In this document: in pieces, positions 54,504-63,779 of the stretch | Numbering within the stretch: position 1 is the first letter of the stretch | How the letters are laid out: every line of letters begins with the position of its first letter | Assembly: GCA_905236045.1 (NCBI GenBank) | Contig: CAJOOG010000078.1 | Coordinates: 36,099-100,098 of the forward strand | Reading direction: 5' to 3' | DNA: 64,000 nucleotides | Source of the DNA: an uncultured Denitrobacterium sp. | GTDB lineage: Bacteria; Actinomycetota; Coriobacteriia; Coriobacteriales; Eggerthellaceae | The notes under the pieces: model-generated | The model's database searches: none | What the model was told of the DNA's origin: nothing | What the model saw: only the letters and a program-made list of their open reading frames with translations | Position numbers and translations under genes: made by a program

Positions 54504-54535
54504 AATGCGCCCTGCGCCTCCGCGCAGGGCGCATT
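54504..54535. other. Perfect 14-bp inverted repeat (hairpin/palindrome) between divergent bioY and the MATE gene
   Basis: AATGCGCCCTGCGC-ctcc-GCGCAGGGCGCATT, directly abutting the BirA-type box. Confidence 0.7.
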
Positions 54536-54624
54536 GGCGACTTTGATGCGCACTCTGTGATGTTGTTTCCCCCTGTGAGCCATGGGTATATTCTTTTTCA
54601 GTTGCACAAGAGAAAGAAGCGTAC

Positions 54625-56160
54625 ATGCCGGTATCGAAATGGAATAAAGAGCAGGGTGAATGGAACGCGGAGCCCGTGGTGAAAGACGAGCCCGTGCCGG
54701 GGGCGCCCATGGGCCTCGACCCGGACAACCTGGGCCGCGACGACGAAGTCAACCGCATGGGCACGGCCCGCGTCGCCCGCCTCATCACCGAGTTCGCCGC
54801 TCCGAGCATCGTAGGCATGCTCGTGAACGGTGCCTACAACATCATCGACTCCATTTTCCTGGGAAGCGCTTTGCACGAAGTCGGCCAGGCAGCCGTTACG
54901 GCGGCCAATCCCATCATGATCGTGTTCCTGGCCATCAGCATGCTCATCGGCAACGGCGGCAATGCGCTTTCGGCGCTGCGCATGGGCGAAGGCGATCGGC
55001 AGGGGGCCGAGCGCAGCCTGGGCAACACGGTTACGCTCTCCGTCATCTTCAGCGTGCTCGTGGCCGTCCTGGCGTTCGTGCCTCCCTGCATAAACGGCCT
55101 GCTCAGCATCAGCGGGACCACGGCGGAAGTGTGGGACTACACCAAGACGTTCATCCAGATTATCAGCTCCGGGTTCATCCTGCAGTGCATCGGCATGGGC
55201 GTGAACAACTTCATCCGCACGGCCGGCAGGCCCAACCGTGCGCTGGGCACCATGGTGGTGGGCGCGGTCGTCTGCGTCATCTTCAACTATCTGTTCGTCA
55301 TCATCTTGGGATGGGGCATCGCGGGCAGCGCTTCGGCCACGCTCATGGGCCAAGCCGCCAGCTGCGTCTGCGTGCTATGGTTCTTCATCAAGACGCCCAA
55401 CGTGTCGCTGAAGCTCCGTCGTCGGCACCTGCCGCTCGAAGGCCGCACGGTGCGCATGGTCCTCTCGCTCGGGTTCGCGAGCTTCGCCGTTCAGGCCGCC
55501 GCCGCCGTGGTCAACTTCGTGCTCAACAACCTGCTGGTGAACTACGGTGCTCAAAACCCCCTGGGGCAAGAGGCCGCCTTGGCCAGCATCGGCGTGGTCA
55601 GCCGCATCGCCCTGTTCACCGTGTTCCCCCTCATCGGCGTGGCCGTGGCGATACAGCCGATTCTGGGTTACAACTACGGAGCCCGCCTGTTCAAGCGCGT
55701 GCGCACCACGCTCTTCGAGGGCATGGCGGGCGCTACTATGATAGCCGTGGTCATGTGGGCGGCGGTGCACCTGTGGCCCAATCAGATCGTGAGCGCGTTC
55801 GGCATCGTGAACCAGGAGCTCGTCGATTTCACCGTCTTCGCGCTGAAGATCCAGCTGGCGCTGCTGCCGTTCGTGGGCTTCCAGATCGTGGGCAGCAACT
55901 ACTTCCAGGCCACGGGGCAGCCGATTAAAAGCGCGTTCCTCTCGCTCACGCGCCAGGTGCTCTTCCTCATCCCGATGTATTTGTTCCTGCCGGAGATCCT
56001 GCCGCAGATAATGCCGCACACCACGAGTCTCGATGCCCTGTATTTCGCGGTGCCGGTGGCCGACTTCCTGGCCATTTTCACCACGCTTATCTTCATGGTG
56101 TGGGAGATGCGCCGCATGAAGAAGCTGGAGTCGGGCGAGCTGCAGGCGGCGGAATTCTAG
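54625..56160 (+). CDS. MATE family efflux transporter
   Basis: 511 aa, 12 TM. ...LITEFAAPSIVGMLVNGAYNIIDSIFLG... is typical of the MATE N-terminus. The first ~40 aa may be an over-extension. Confidence 0.85.
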   Translation: MPVSKWNKEQGEWNAEPVVKDEPVPGAPMGLDPDNLGRDDEVNRMGTARVARLITEFAAPSIVGMLVNGAYNIIDSIFLGSALHEVGQAAVTAANPIMIVFLAISMLIGNGGNALSALRMGEGDRQGAERSLGNTVTLSVIFSVLVAVLAFVPPCINGLLSISGTTAEVWDYTKTFIQIISSGFILQCIGMGVNNFIRTAGRPNRALGTMVVGAVVCVIFNYLFVIILGWGIAGSASATLMGQAASCVCVLWFFIKTPNVSLKLRRRHLPLEGRTVRMVLSLGFASFAVQAAAAVVNFVLNNLLVNYGAQNPLGQEAALASIGVVSRIALFTVFPLIGVAVAIQPILGYNYGARLFKRVRTTLFEGMAGATMIAVVMWAAVHLWPNQIVSAFGIVNQELVDFTVFALKIQLALLPFVGFQIVGSNYFQATGQPIKSAFLSLTRQVLFLIPMYLFLPEILPQIMPHTTSLDALYFAVPVADFLAIFTTLIFMVWEMRRMKKLESGELQAAEF

Positions 56161-56245
56161 ACACGCTCATGCGTGCGCGTGTGCGCATGGGGCAGCTTTC
56201 TTGCCATCGCGCTATAATCTCGGGGGCACAGAGATGGGGGGCGCC

Positions 56246-57259
56246 ATGAAAGACACTCATGGGAGGACAATAGATTACTTGCGCGTCTCGCTTACGGACC
56301 GCTGCAACCTGCGTTGCGTCTATTGCATGCCCGCCGAGGGCATCCAACAGGTCGACCACGACCAGATTCTGCGTTACGACGAGATTCTCGCCATAGTGCG
56401 CGTGGCTGCCGATTTGGGCGTTCGTCGCATCCGGCTTACGGGCGGCGAGCCCCTGGTGCGCAAAGGCGTCGTCGGTTTGATAGCCAACATCCGCGCAATC
56501 TCCGGCATCGAGGACATCGCTCTCACGACGAACGGCGTCTTGCTCGCCCGTATGGCCCATGACCTCAAGGAAGCGGGGCTCTCGCGGGTGAACATCTCGC
56601 TGGACACGCTCGATCCCGACAAATTCGCCGAAGTCACGCGCGGAGGGAACGTGCAGGATGTCCTCGACGGCATAGACGCGGCCCTCGAGCAGGGCTTCGA
56701 CCCCGTGAAGGTGAACGCGGTCGCCGTGCGGAGTCTGGACCAGGATTTCTACGAGTTCGCCAGCATGAGCCGAGACCGGCCGCTGCACATGCGTTTCATC
56801 GAATACATGCCCGTGGGGGATTCCGCCGGCATGAACGGCGCGGGATGGGGCCCGCAGGACGTCGTCAGCTGCGACGACATCCGCATGCAAGTGGATGCGG
56901 GCGCGATTGCCGCCGGGCTCGAAGCGCTGCAGCCCCTGCAAGACGAGGAAAAGCCCGAGGGCGGCGGTCCCGCGCGTTACTGGAAGTTCCCGGGTGCGAA
57001 GGGCACCGTGGGCTTTATAAGCCCGCTGTCCAACCATTTCTGCAGCGCATGCAACCGCGTGCGGCTTACTTCGAAGGGCGGCTTGCGCCCGTGCCTGTTC
57101 AGCGACGAGGAGTATCCGGTGCGCCAGGCCGTGCGCTATGGCACCGAGGAGGACGTGCGTAAAGTGCTCGAGCAGACGATCGGCGCGAAGCCCGAAGAGC
57201 ACCACGAAGGCGATCATGCAAGGGCGACCGCCACCAACATGAACGCCATTGGAGGATAG
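56246..57259 (+). CDS. moaA: GTP 3',8-cyclase MoaA (radical SAM)
   Basis: [29 protein letters not shown]...; C-terminal [20 protein letters not shown] cluster. Confidence 0.93.
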   Translation: MKDTHGRTIDYLRVSLTDRCNLRCVYCMPAEGIQQVDHDQILRYDEILAIVRVAADLGVRRIRLTGGEPLVRKGVVGLIANIRAISGIEDIALTTNGVLLARMAHDLKEAGLSRVNISLDTLDPDKFAEVTRGGNVQDVLDGIDAALEQGFDPVKVNAVAVRSLDQDFYEFASMSRDRPLHMRFIEYMPVGDSAGMNGAGWGPQDVVSCDDIRMQVDAGAIAAGLEALQPLQDEEKPEGGGPARYWKFPGAKGTVGFISPLSNHFCSACNRVRLTSKGGLRPCLFSDEEYPVRQAVRYGTEEDVRKVLEQTIGAKPEEHHEGDHARATATNMNAIGG

Positions 57260-57321
57260 GCTCACAAGCGCACACATGCACAAGCGCACGTGGGCATACG
57301 CGCACACGCGAAGGAGAATCG

Positions 57322-57822
57322 ATGAACGACCAGAAACTGTCCCACGTGGACGAAAAGGGCGAAGTCCGCATGGTGGACGTCAGCCAAAAAGCCGATACGG
57401 CGCGCATCGCCGTGGCCGAGGGCTTCATCGCCATGCAACCTGCGACCTTGGAGCTGATAGTGGAGGGCAAGGCCGCGAAAGGCGACGTTTTGGCCTGCGC
57501 ACGCGTGGCGGGCATAATGGCAGGCAAGCAGACGAGCTCGATTATCCCCATGTGCCACCCGCTGCTCATTACCAAGTCGAAGGTGGACCTGGCGCCCGTT
57601 CGCGCAGGGGAGCGCGAAGACGGGCGCGTGGGCATCCATGTGGAGGCGACCTTCGGCGTGACCGGCAAGACCGGCATCGAGATGGAGGCGCTGACCGCGG
57701 CGAGCGTGGCCTGCCTGACCGTCTACGACATGTGCAAGGCCGTGGACAGGGGCATGGAGATTTCCGAGGTGCGCCTGCTGAGGAAAGACGGCGGCAAGTC
57801 CGGTCTCTGGCAGCGCGCGTAG
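57322..57822 (+). CDS. moaC: Cyclic pyranopterin monophosphate synthase MoaC
   Basis: ...[18 protein letters not shown]...[29 protein letters not shown]...[20 protein letters not shown]... Confidence 0.93.
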   Translation: MNDQKLSHVDEKGEVRMVDVSQKADTARIAVAEGFIAMQPATLELIVEGKAAKGDVLACARVAGIMAGKQTSSIIPMCHPLLITKSKVDLAPVRAGEREDGRVGIHVEATFGVTGKTGIEMEALTAASVACLTVYDMCKAVDRGMEISEVRLLRKDGGKSGLWQRA

Positions 57823-57886
57823 CCCTGGCCGCGGGTGCATGTTCGCCCCGTCGCCCGGCGGTGGAGGGCGCCGGGCGGGGCCTTCG

Positions 57887-58480
57887 CTACCAACCGGTCA
57901 CGTCGGACAGCTCGAATGAAGCCGGCGCCTCGTCGGTGGAGTTGGAGCAATACGCCTCGAATTTCCAGGGTGTTCCGTCGGCGAGGTTATTGGTGTTCGC
58001 GAATCCGGTTCCGATCTGCGCGCCGCTGGCGTCCTTCAGCACATATTCGACCTGGACGTAGCTGTACTGCTTGCCCGAGGTGTTGGTGAAAGTTCCCGTG
58101 ATCGAGTACATGCCGTAGCCCTTGTCGACAAGCTGCTCGTCGGTGATGGAGTACTTGGCCTCGGCCGAGGACGAGCTGCTGTCCTGTGCGTCCGCGCCCT
58201 CCGAGCTGCTCTTGGCGGAAGGAGCGTTGCCGTCTTCGGTTGAGAGCGTGTTGGTGCTGTCCAACACGGCCTTGCTGCAGGCTGCCGAACAGCCTCCGAT
58301 ACCCACGAGCAGCACGAGGAGCACGATGAGAACCCAGAACCAGCCCTTCTTGTAGACGGGTTTCAGATTGGCCCCGCAGTTCGGGCAGCTCTCCGCATAT
58401 TTGGGAATGGACGCGTTGCACTTCTTGCAGATCTTGGCGGGCGTCGTGCCCTCCTGGGGCGTGGTTTGGGTATCGGTCAT
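57887..58480 (-). CDS. Zinc-ribbon membrane protein with an extracellular beta-rich domain (FxLYD/DUF4352-like)
   Basis: CKKCNASIPKYAESCPNCG, TM WFWVLIVLLVLLVGIGG, Ser-rich linker, C-terminal ...YSITGTFTNTSGKQYSYVQVEYVLKDASG...FELSDVTGW. Confidence 0.7.
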   Translation of the reverse strand: MTDTQTTPQEGTTPAKICKKCNASIPKYAESCPNCGANLKPVYKKGWFWVLIVLLVLLVGIGGCSAACSKAVLDSTNTLSTEDGNAPSAKSSSEGADAQDSSSSSAEAKYSITDEQLVDKGYGMYSITGTFTNTSGKQYSYVQVEYVLKDASGAQIGTGFANTNNLADGTPWKFEAYCSNSTDEAPASFELSDVTGW

Positions 58481-58621
58481 GGTTCCCCCCTGTCGAATCG
58501 ATGCCGTATGGGCAATTTGGTTGCACCGATGCTAGGGCAGACGCCGCGCGGATTCATTAGCTCCCAGCAGAGTTTTCGTTCCCGTTCGGCAGGGGAAACG
58601 TCAGACGGGAGGTCGTGGCGC

Positions 58622-59920
58622 TCATGGCCGCTGCTGAACGAGGGTCCAATGCCCGGTGGAGAAGAATTGGTCGGTGAATTCGACGAGGTATCCGAAGGCC
58701 ATGAAGAGCGCGAATAGAATCGAGACCGCTACGATGAAGCGGAGGATCCGGCTTGTCCGGGGCGGGAGTCGATGCACCAGATTGCCCATGTTGGTGAAGG
58801 CCAGGTAGCCCGGCTGGATGACGAGGAGGGCAAGCCCCAGGTATTGCACGATGAACAAGAACGCATCGAGAAGGGTCGGCTCGATGAATAAAGCGTTCAA
58901 GGATACGATGAGGGCGAGTGCCAGCATTGCGATTGTCGCCGCGGTCGCCGTATGCACCCAGCCGCGGAAGAGCTTCGCCTTCACCGCTCCGCGAGGCATC
59001 CAGGCGTTGGCGTCGATCAATCTGCGGTAGAACGCGAGCGGGTTGTCTCGTTTTCCGCTAAGGGTTGGGGTGCTCGCGCCCGCATCCGCGCCCGCAGCGT
59101 CCTTTGCGGCGTCGCCCGCGTCCGGGCAGGCCGCGAACGCCGCTCGGAGTTCCCGGTCCAGCTCCTCGGCGCTGGCGGGCCGATCCTTCGGATCCAGCGC
59201 GATGCAGTGCGCGATGGCGGAGCGGAGCGGTCGGGGAATCGACCGCTCTTCCCGAAGCGTCGCCCGCAGATTCGATTGCGGGTCCTTCCCGGTCAATGCG
59301 AAGGAGAGCACCATGCCCAAGGCGTAGACGTCCGTGCGCTGGTCGCTTTGCCCGAAGCCGAATTGCTCGGGCGGCGCATAGCCGGCGGTCCCCCAGTGGT
59401 GGGTGTCCTGCGACGATTCGGGGCGGACGCGCCGTGCGATGCCGAAGTCGATGAGGATGGCCCCGCGCGGGCTGCAGATGATATTGTCCGGTTTGATATC
59501 GCGGTGCACGAGCGGGGTGGGGCTTAGGGAATGCAGCTGCCCGACGGTGCTGCAGAGCTCCTGCAGCAGGCGCTCGCATTCCCGGAGCGTAAGCGGCCCT
59601 TCGTCTCGCACGCGCTTCCGCAAGGTGGGTCCTTCGACGTATTCCATTACGACCGCAGCCCGATTCGCGATGCGGTACTGCACGACGATATGCGGAATGC
59701 CCGGTGCGTCGAGCTGCGCGATGCAGGCGTATTGGGAGCCGAAGCCCTCGGCATCTTCGAAATACTTGCGGACGAAGAGACTTCCTTCGGCGTCTTTCAC
59801 CAATTCCACGCGCGAGGTCTTCCCCTCCTTCAGCACGCGCAGAACTTCGTAGAGCCCGTCGATTTTAAGGCTGTTGAGTTCCGCGAAGATGTCGCTATGG
59901 GAGGACAGGGGGTTGGGCAT
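58622..59920 (-). CDS. Ser/Thr protein kinase with a polytopic C-terminal membrane domain (no PASTA)
   Basis: Start MPNPLSSHSD at 59920, 1 nt after the HTH gene stop. VRKYF (Lys), HRDIKPDNI, IDFGIAR, GTAGYAPPE. The C-terminus has about 4 TM helices. Confidence 0.88.
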   Translation of the reverse strand: MPNPLSSHSDIFAELNSLKIDGLYEVLRVLKEGKTSRVELVKDAEGSLFVRKYFEDAEGFGSQYACIAQLDAPGIPHIVVQYRIANRAAVVMEYVEGPTLRKRVRDEGPLTLRECERLLQELCSTVGQLHSLSPTPLVHRDIKPDNIICSPRGAILIDFGIARRVRPESSQDTHHWGTAGYAPPEQFGFGQSDQRTDVYALGMVLSFALTGKDPQSNLRATLREERSIPRPLRSAIAHCIALDPKDRPASAEELDRELRAAFAACPDAGDAAKDAAGADAGASTPTLSGKRDNPLAFYRRLIDANAWMPRGAVKAKLFRGWVHTATAATIAMLALALIVSLNALFIEPTLLDAFLFIVQYLGLALLVIQPGYLAFTNMGNLVHRLPPRTSRILRFIVAVSILFALFMAFGYLVEFTDQFFSTGHWTLVQQRP

Positions 59921-59921
59921 G

Positions 59922-60356
59922 CTACGAATCGAGGATGGTGGTTTCTCCGAAGCGGTACAGTTCGGTTTCGGTCTGGGACAGGTCGAGGCCGTGCGTGAGG
60001 GCGTAGATGAGGATGGCATCGCGTCGGTTTTTCGGGTAGAGCGCTCCGGCGTCGGCGTACGCGAGCAAATGCTGGGTTTCCTTCAGGTCGCATCGAAGCG
60101 CGAAGGCCACCTGGAGCACTTTATCGCGCGACGGGCGTCGGGTCCCTTGGAAGATCTGGTAGCCGTAGGTCTCGTCGAGCTGGGCCGCGTGAATGGCCTC
60201 GATTCGCTTCATTTCTCGCTCCTGCAAGAGTTGCTGCAGGTAGGTGGGCAGATCGCTTGAAGCGGGGTCGTGCTCTTCCAGGTAGGTATCCAAGTTCGGC
60301 ACGCTGGCCAGCTCGGCGAGCAGGTCGCAGGTCAGCGGCTCCTCTTCGGCGTTCAT
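59922..60356 (-). CDS. XRE-like helix-turn-helix protein
   Basis: 144 aa. ...AIHAAQLDETYGYQIFQGTRRPSRDKVLQVAFALRCDLKETQHLL... fits an XRE/Cro-type HTH followed by a helical extension. Confidence 0.6.
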   Translation of the reverse strand: MNAEEEPLTCDLLAELASVPNLDTYLEEHDPASSDLPTYLQQLLQEREMKRIEAIHAAQLDETYGYQIFQGTRRPSRDKVLQVAFALRCDLKETQHLLAYADAGALYPKNRRDAILIYALTHGLDLSQTETELYRFGETTILDS

Positions 60357-60374
60357 CCAGATCTCCTCTCTCTG

Positions 60375-61466
60375 CTACCGTCGGCGGCGGTCGTGGGCCC
60401 GATAGTATTCGGCCTTGTCGCTGTACATGCTCGCCTCGGCGCGGGAGATCAGGCCCCGGAGCCGCTCGTCTGCCTCCGCGCTCTCGCTCGCGCCAACATC
60501 CTCGCTCGCGGCCTCCGCGAATTCGTAGCCGATGGAGACGTGGTACCCCTCATCTGCCAATGAGGCGCGTATCCCGGCGATCGTCTCTTCGATTTCCGCC
60601 TGCGGGCGGTCCAACGCGAAGGCGACGTACTCGTCTCCGCCGATGCGATAGCTGTCGGCCGCGCCGAACTCTTCTCGGAGGGTATCGGCCACTCGGCAGA
60701 GCATCTTGTCGCCCGCCAGATGCCCTTCGTTGTTGTTCAGCTCGTGCAATCCGTTCGCATCGAGGTAGGCGCAGCCGATGGAGCGTTCGTAGGCGTCGGC
60801 GTACTGCACGATCCGGCTCTCGTAGCAGTTGCGGTTGTTCAGGCCGGTCAGCTGGTCGGTTTCGCCCATGATTTTCAGGCGGCGCTCCAAGACGTAATCC
60901 CGGATTTTCAGGCGGTTGATGACGGCCTGGGACATGATGGAGAGCAGCCCGAATACGCCCGCGTCCGTTATGTCCTCCGAGAGGAGGTGAGGCGCCTTGT
61001 ATTGGCAGGCCAGAACGATGAAGATGCCGACGAATAGCGCCAGCACGATGCCCATGCGCAGGGGCCGGTCGGTGAAGATCAGCGGAACGAAGATGAGCAG
61101 GACCATGAAAGTGACCGTCTGCTCGTCGGGCCGTGTGAAAAGCGCGATGGCGATTCCGTAGGCGAGGAAGAAGGAGACGGCAAGGTAGACCGAAACATAC
61201 GAGAGCGAGGGGATTCTGAAGGCCGCGAGCGCCACCCCGACGATGACGAACGAGAAGAGAACGGCCGCGATGTAGACTGGGCGAGAGCTGGAGAGGCCCT
61301 CCTGGAAGAAGGACTGCAGCAGCATGAAAGCGATGAGGACGGCGGCGAAGGACCCGAAGACGATGGACGAGGTGCGATTGCCCGATTCCAGCTTCCCCCC
61401 GATGGCACGATAGCTTTCGCGGTCGGCGCCCCCGTAGAAGAGGAAGTTCTTCGCCTTCTCCAACAT
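60375..61466 (-). CDS. Membrane-anchored GGDEF-domain protein (putative diguanylate cyclase; motif is GGDEY, no RxxD I-site)
   Basis: About 6 N-terminal TM helices, then DQLTGLNNRNCYE...DANGLHELNNNEGHLAGD...YRIGGDEYVAFAL. Confidence 0.85.
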   Translation of the reverse strand: MLEKAKNFLFYGGADRESYRAIGGKLESGNRTSSIVFGSFAAVLIAFMLLQSFFQEGLSSSRPVYIAAVLFSFVIVGVALAAFRIPSLSYVSVYLAVSFFLAYGIAIALFTRPDEQTVTFMVLLIFVPLIFTDRPLRMGIVLALFVGIFIVLACQYKAPHLLSEDITDAGVFGLLSIMSQAVINRLKIRDYVLERRLKIMGETDQLTGLNNRNCYESRIVQYADAYERSIGCAYLDANGLHELNNNEGHLAGDKMLCRVADTLREEFGAADSYRIGGDEYVAFALDRPQAEIEETIAGIRASLADEGYHVSIGYEFAEAASEDVGASESAEADERLRGLISRAEASMYSDKAEYYRAHDRRRR

Positions 61467-61506
61467 CGAGCCCCGTCCTTTCCGATTTCGGCGCGCGGAG
61501 CTGGTG

Positions 61507-61532
61507 AAACGCAGGCGAAAACGCCTGCGTTT
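61507..61532. other. Terminator-like perfect hairpin in a divergent intergenic region
   Basis: AAACGCAGGCG-aaaa-CGCCTGCGTTT. T-runs follow on both strands. It lies upstream of both the GGDEF gene (minus) and yebC (plus). Confidence 0.6.
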
Positions 61533-61785
61533 GCGCCATCTCCGACAAACCTGCCCTTATCCTAGCCAAGTCGGTCGCATGTCGCAAGAAAAGCCTTCTC
61601 GCGAGTTCGGCGGCGCCGGCGGCAGTGGCGACGGCAGCGTCGGCGGCGTCCCGCCCGCCGCGGTCTGTGCGTATGCTGAAGAGATGCCATGCAAGCGGGA
61701 GCGGGACTTCACTGTGCTAAACTAGCCAACTGCGTTTGCGTCCGGCGCAGACGCGTCCAGTTTCCGATATCTCGAAGGGAGTGCT

Positions 61786-62592
61786 ATGTCAGGGCATTCT
61801 AAGTGGGCCACCACGAAGCACCGCAAAGCCGCGCAGGACGCCAAACGTTCGGCGCTGTTCGGTAAGCTTTCCCGCAACATTACCGTTGCAGCCAAGGAGG
61901 GGGGCGACCCCAACCCGGACAACAATGCCTCCCTTGCGGCGGCAATCGAGAAGGCCAAGGGCTACAGCCTTCCCAAGGACAAAATCAAGACCGCCATCGA
62001 CAAGGCATTCGGCAGCGGCAAGGACGCGGCCAGCTACGAGACCGTGATCTACGAAGGCTACGGCCCGGCGGGCATCGCCATCTACTGCGAGGCCCTTACC
62101 GACAACCGCAACCGCACGGCCGCCGATGTGCGCAGCTCCTTTGCGCATGCGGGGGGCAATCTGGGCACGAGCGGCTCGGTGGCGTTCATGTTCGAGCGCA
62201 AAGGGCAGATTCGCGTCCCCAAGGAGATCGAAGGCGAGGGCAAGAAGGCGGGCATGCTGCCCAACGGCGCCGCAGCCGACGAGGACGAGTTCATGATGGC
62301 CGTGGCGGAAGCCGGCGGCAACGACTACGAGGATGCCGACGAGGAGTGGCTGGTCTTCACCGCGCCCACCGACTTGATGGCCGTGAAGAAGGGCCTCGAG
62401 GACCAGGGCGTCGTCACGCAAGGCGCCGAATTCATCATGGAGCCGACCACGCCCACGGCCGTGAGCGTCTCCGATGCCAAGAAGGTCATGCGCCTGGTCG
62501 ATCGCCTGGAGGAGCTCGAGGATCTGCAGAGCGTCTTCCACACGATGGACATCACCGACGAGATCGCCGAGGCGCTTGCCGCGGAGAACTAA
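61786..62592 (+). CDS. yebC: YebC/PmpR family DNA-binding transcriptional regulator
   Basis: MSGHSKWATTKHRKAAQDAKRSALFGKLSRNITVAAKEGGDPNPDNN... Confidence 0.93.
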   Translation: MSGHSKWATTKHRKAAQDAKRSALFGKLSRNITVAAKEGGDPNPDNNASLAAAIEKAKGYSLPKDKIKTAIDKAFGSGKDAASYETVIYEGYGPAGIAIYCEALTDNRNRTAADVRSSFAHAGGNLGTSGSVAFMFERKGQIRVPKEIEGEGKKAGMLPNGAAADEDEFMMAVAEAGGNDYEDADEEWLVFTAPTDLMAVKKGLEDQGVVTQGAEFIMEPTTPTAVSVSDAKKVMRLVDRLEELEDLQSVFHTMDITDEIAEALAAEN

Positions 62593-62830
62593 GTCGAGGA
62601 GACGCCCGCCCGCGGGGTTTGTCGCAGGTGACCCGCTCGTGCCCCCAAGGGCGCGGGCGGGTTTTTGCTGCGCCGCGCCGGCGTGGGGCTCCGCGTCAGG
62701 TGATGCGTTCGTGTCGATGTTCTCTCGCGCTGCAAGATCGCGGTCCCATCTTGCGGGGTGCATGGTATAGTGGGGGCTGCCGAAAGCAGTAAACGAATCT
62801 CTAACCCACTACGCTGCAAGGAGCTCTTTC

Positions 62831-63733
62831 TTGGCCCGCCAGGCGCACATAGTCGATTTTGAAGAAGCGCGCAATGCGTCGCGTCGTTCGGGTGCTCGCA
62901 ATCGCAGCAGGGAAGCTGCGGGCGCATCCTCGCGGCTGTCCAGCAATCGCGAAGCCCGCTCTCGTGCCATCCGCGGGGGCGAGGTGGCCGGTGCCCGTCG
63001 CGGCTCCCATTATGCGCAACGCAACCAGACGCGCATGCGTGCCGGCCAATCCGCGCAACGCGGTCGGACCCGGGGCGACAAGCGCACCCAGCGCAACATC
63101 GCCGAATCCGTGTGCAAGCTTCAGCGCGATGCTCGCAAGCGCAAGGCGGACAGGGCCTTTGATCGCACCGTAGGCGCCAGCTCTTCCGCTTCCGGCGAAT
63201 CGGGTCCACGCGCTGCCGTCTATCGCGGCAAGATGGGTTCCACGCACCGCAAAAGCTCTCGTATGCGCAACGACCAGGAAGCCGCATCTCGCGGCGTTGC
63301 TCCCAGCCGCGGCCGGGCGGCTCAGACGGGCCGGGTGATTGCGGGGGCCATTCCGCGTTTCGTCCGCATCCCCCTCGTCCTCTTCGCTGCTTTGGCGCTG
63401 TGCGTCGCGGCCTTGTACCAGCCGATGCAGGATTACTACATCGCCACGCGCGACCAGGCCAAGGCCGCCGCCCAGCTGGAAGTTCTCAGCCAGCAGAACG
63501 CCCAGCTGCAGAAAGACGTCGCGGTGCTCTCCACCGACGAGGGTATCAAAGACCAGGCGGCATTGGATTACGGCTGGGTGGAGCAGGGCGAGACCGCGGT
63601 CGCCGTCTCCGGCGTGTCCGCAGAGGATACCGAGCTCGATTCCGCTGTGATGGTCGTGTCCGCCACGGCGGTTTCCGCCCCCGCTACCTGGTACTCCGGC
63701 ATGCTCGACCCCTTCTTCGGCTACAGCGGGTAG
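62831..63733 (+). CDS. FtsB/DivIC-like septum formation initiator with a long basic N-terminal region
   Basis: TM IPLVLFAALALCVAALY followed by coiled-coil QAKAAAQLEVLSQQNAQLQKDVAVLSTDEGIKDQAALDYGWV. The true start within the Arg/Ser-rich N-terminus is uncertain. Confidence 0.6.
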   Translation: MARQAHIVDFEEARNASRRSGARNRSREAAGASSRLSSNREARSRAIRGGEVAGARRGSHYAQRNQTRMRAGQSAQRGRTRGDKRTQRNIAESVCKLQRDARKRKADRAFDRTVGASSSASGESGPRAAVYRGKMGSTHRKSSRMRNDQEAASRGVAPSRGRAAQTGRVIAGAIPRFVRIPLVLFAALALCVAALYQPMQDYYIATRDQAKAAAQLEVLSQQNAQLQKDVAVLSTDEGIKDQAALDYGWVEQGETAVAVSGVSAEDTELDSAVMVVSATAVSAPATWYSGMLDPFFGYSG

Positions 63734-63779
63734 CTGCCCCGAGGAGCCGAAGAACGCTGCAGCGCAGGAAGGAGGCCCC

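Noticed and set aside
61504-61725. 73-aa ORF (MKRRRKRLRLRHLRQ...) in the GGDEF-yebC spacer
   Set aside because: It has an Arg-rich start that overlaps the hairpin, a Gly-rich middle and no RBS. It is more likely non-coding.
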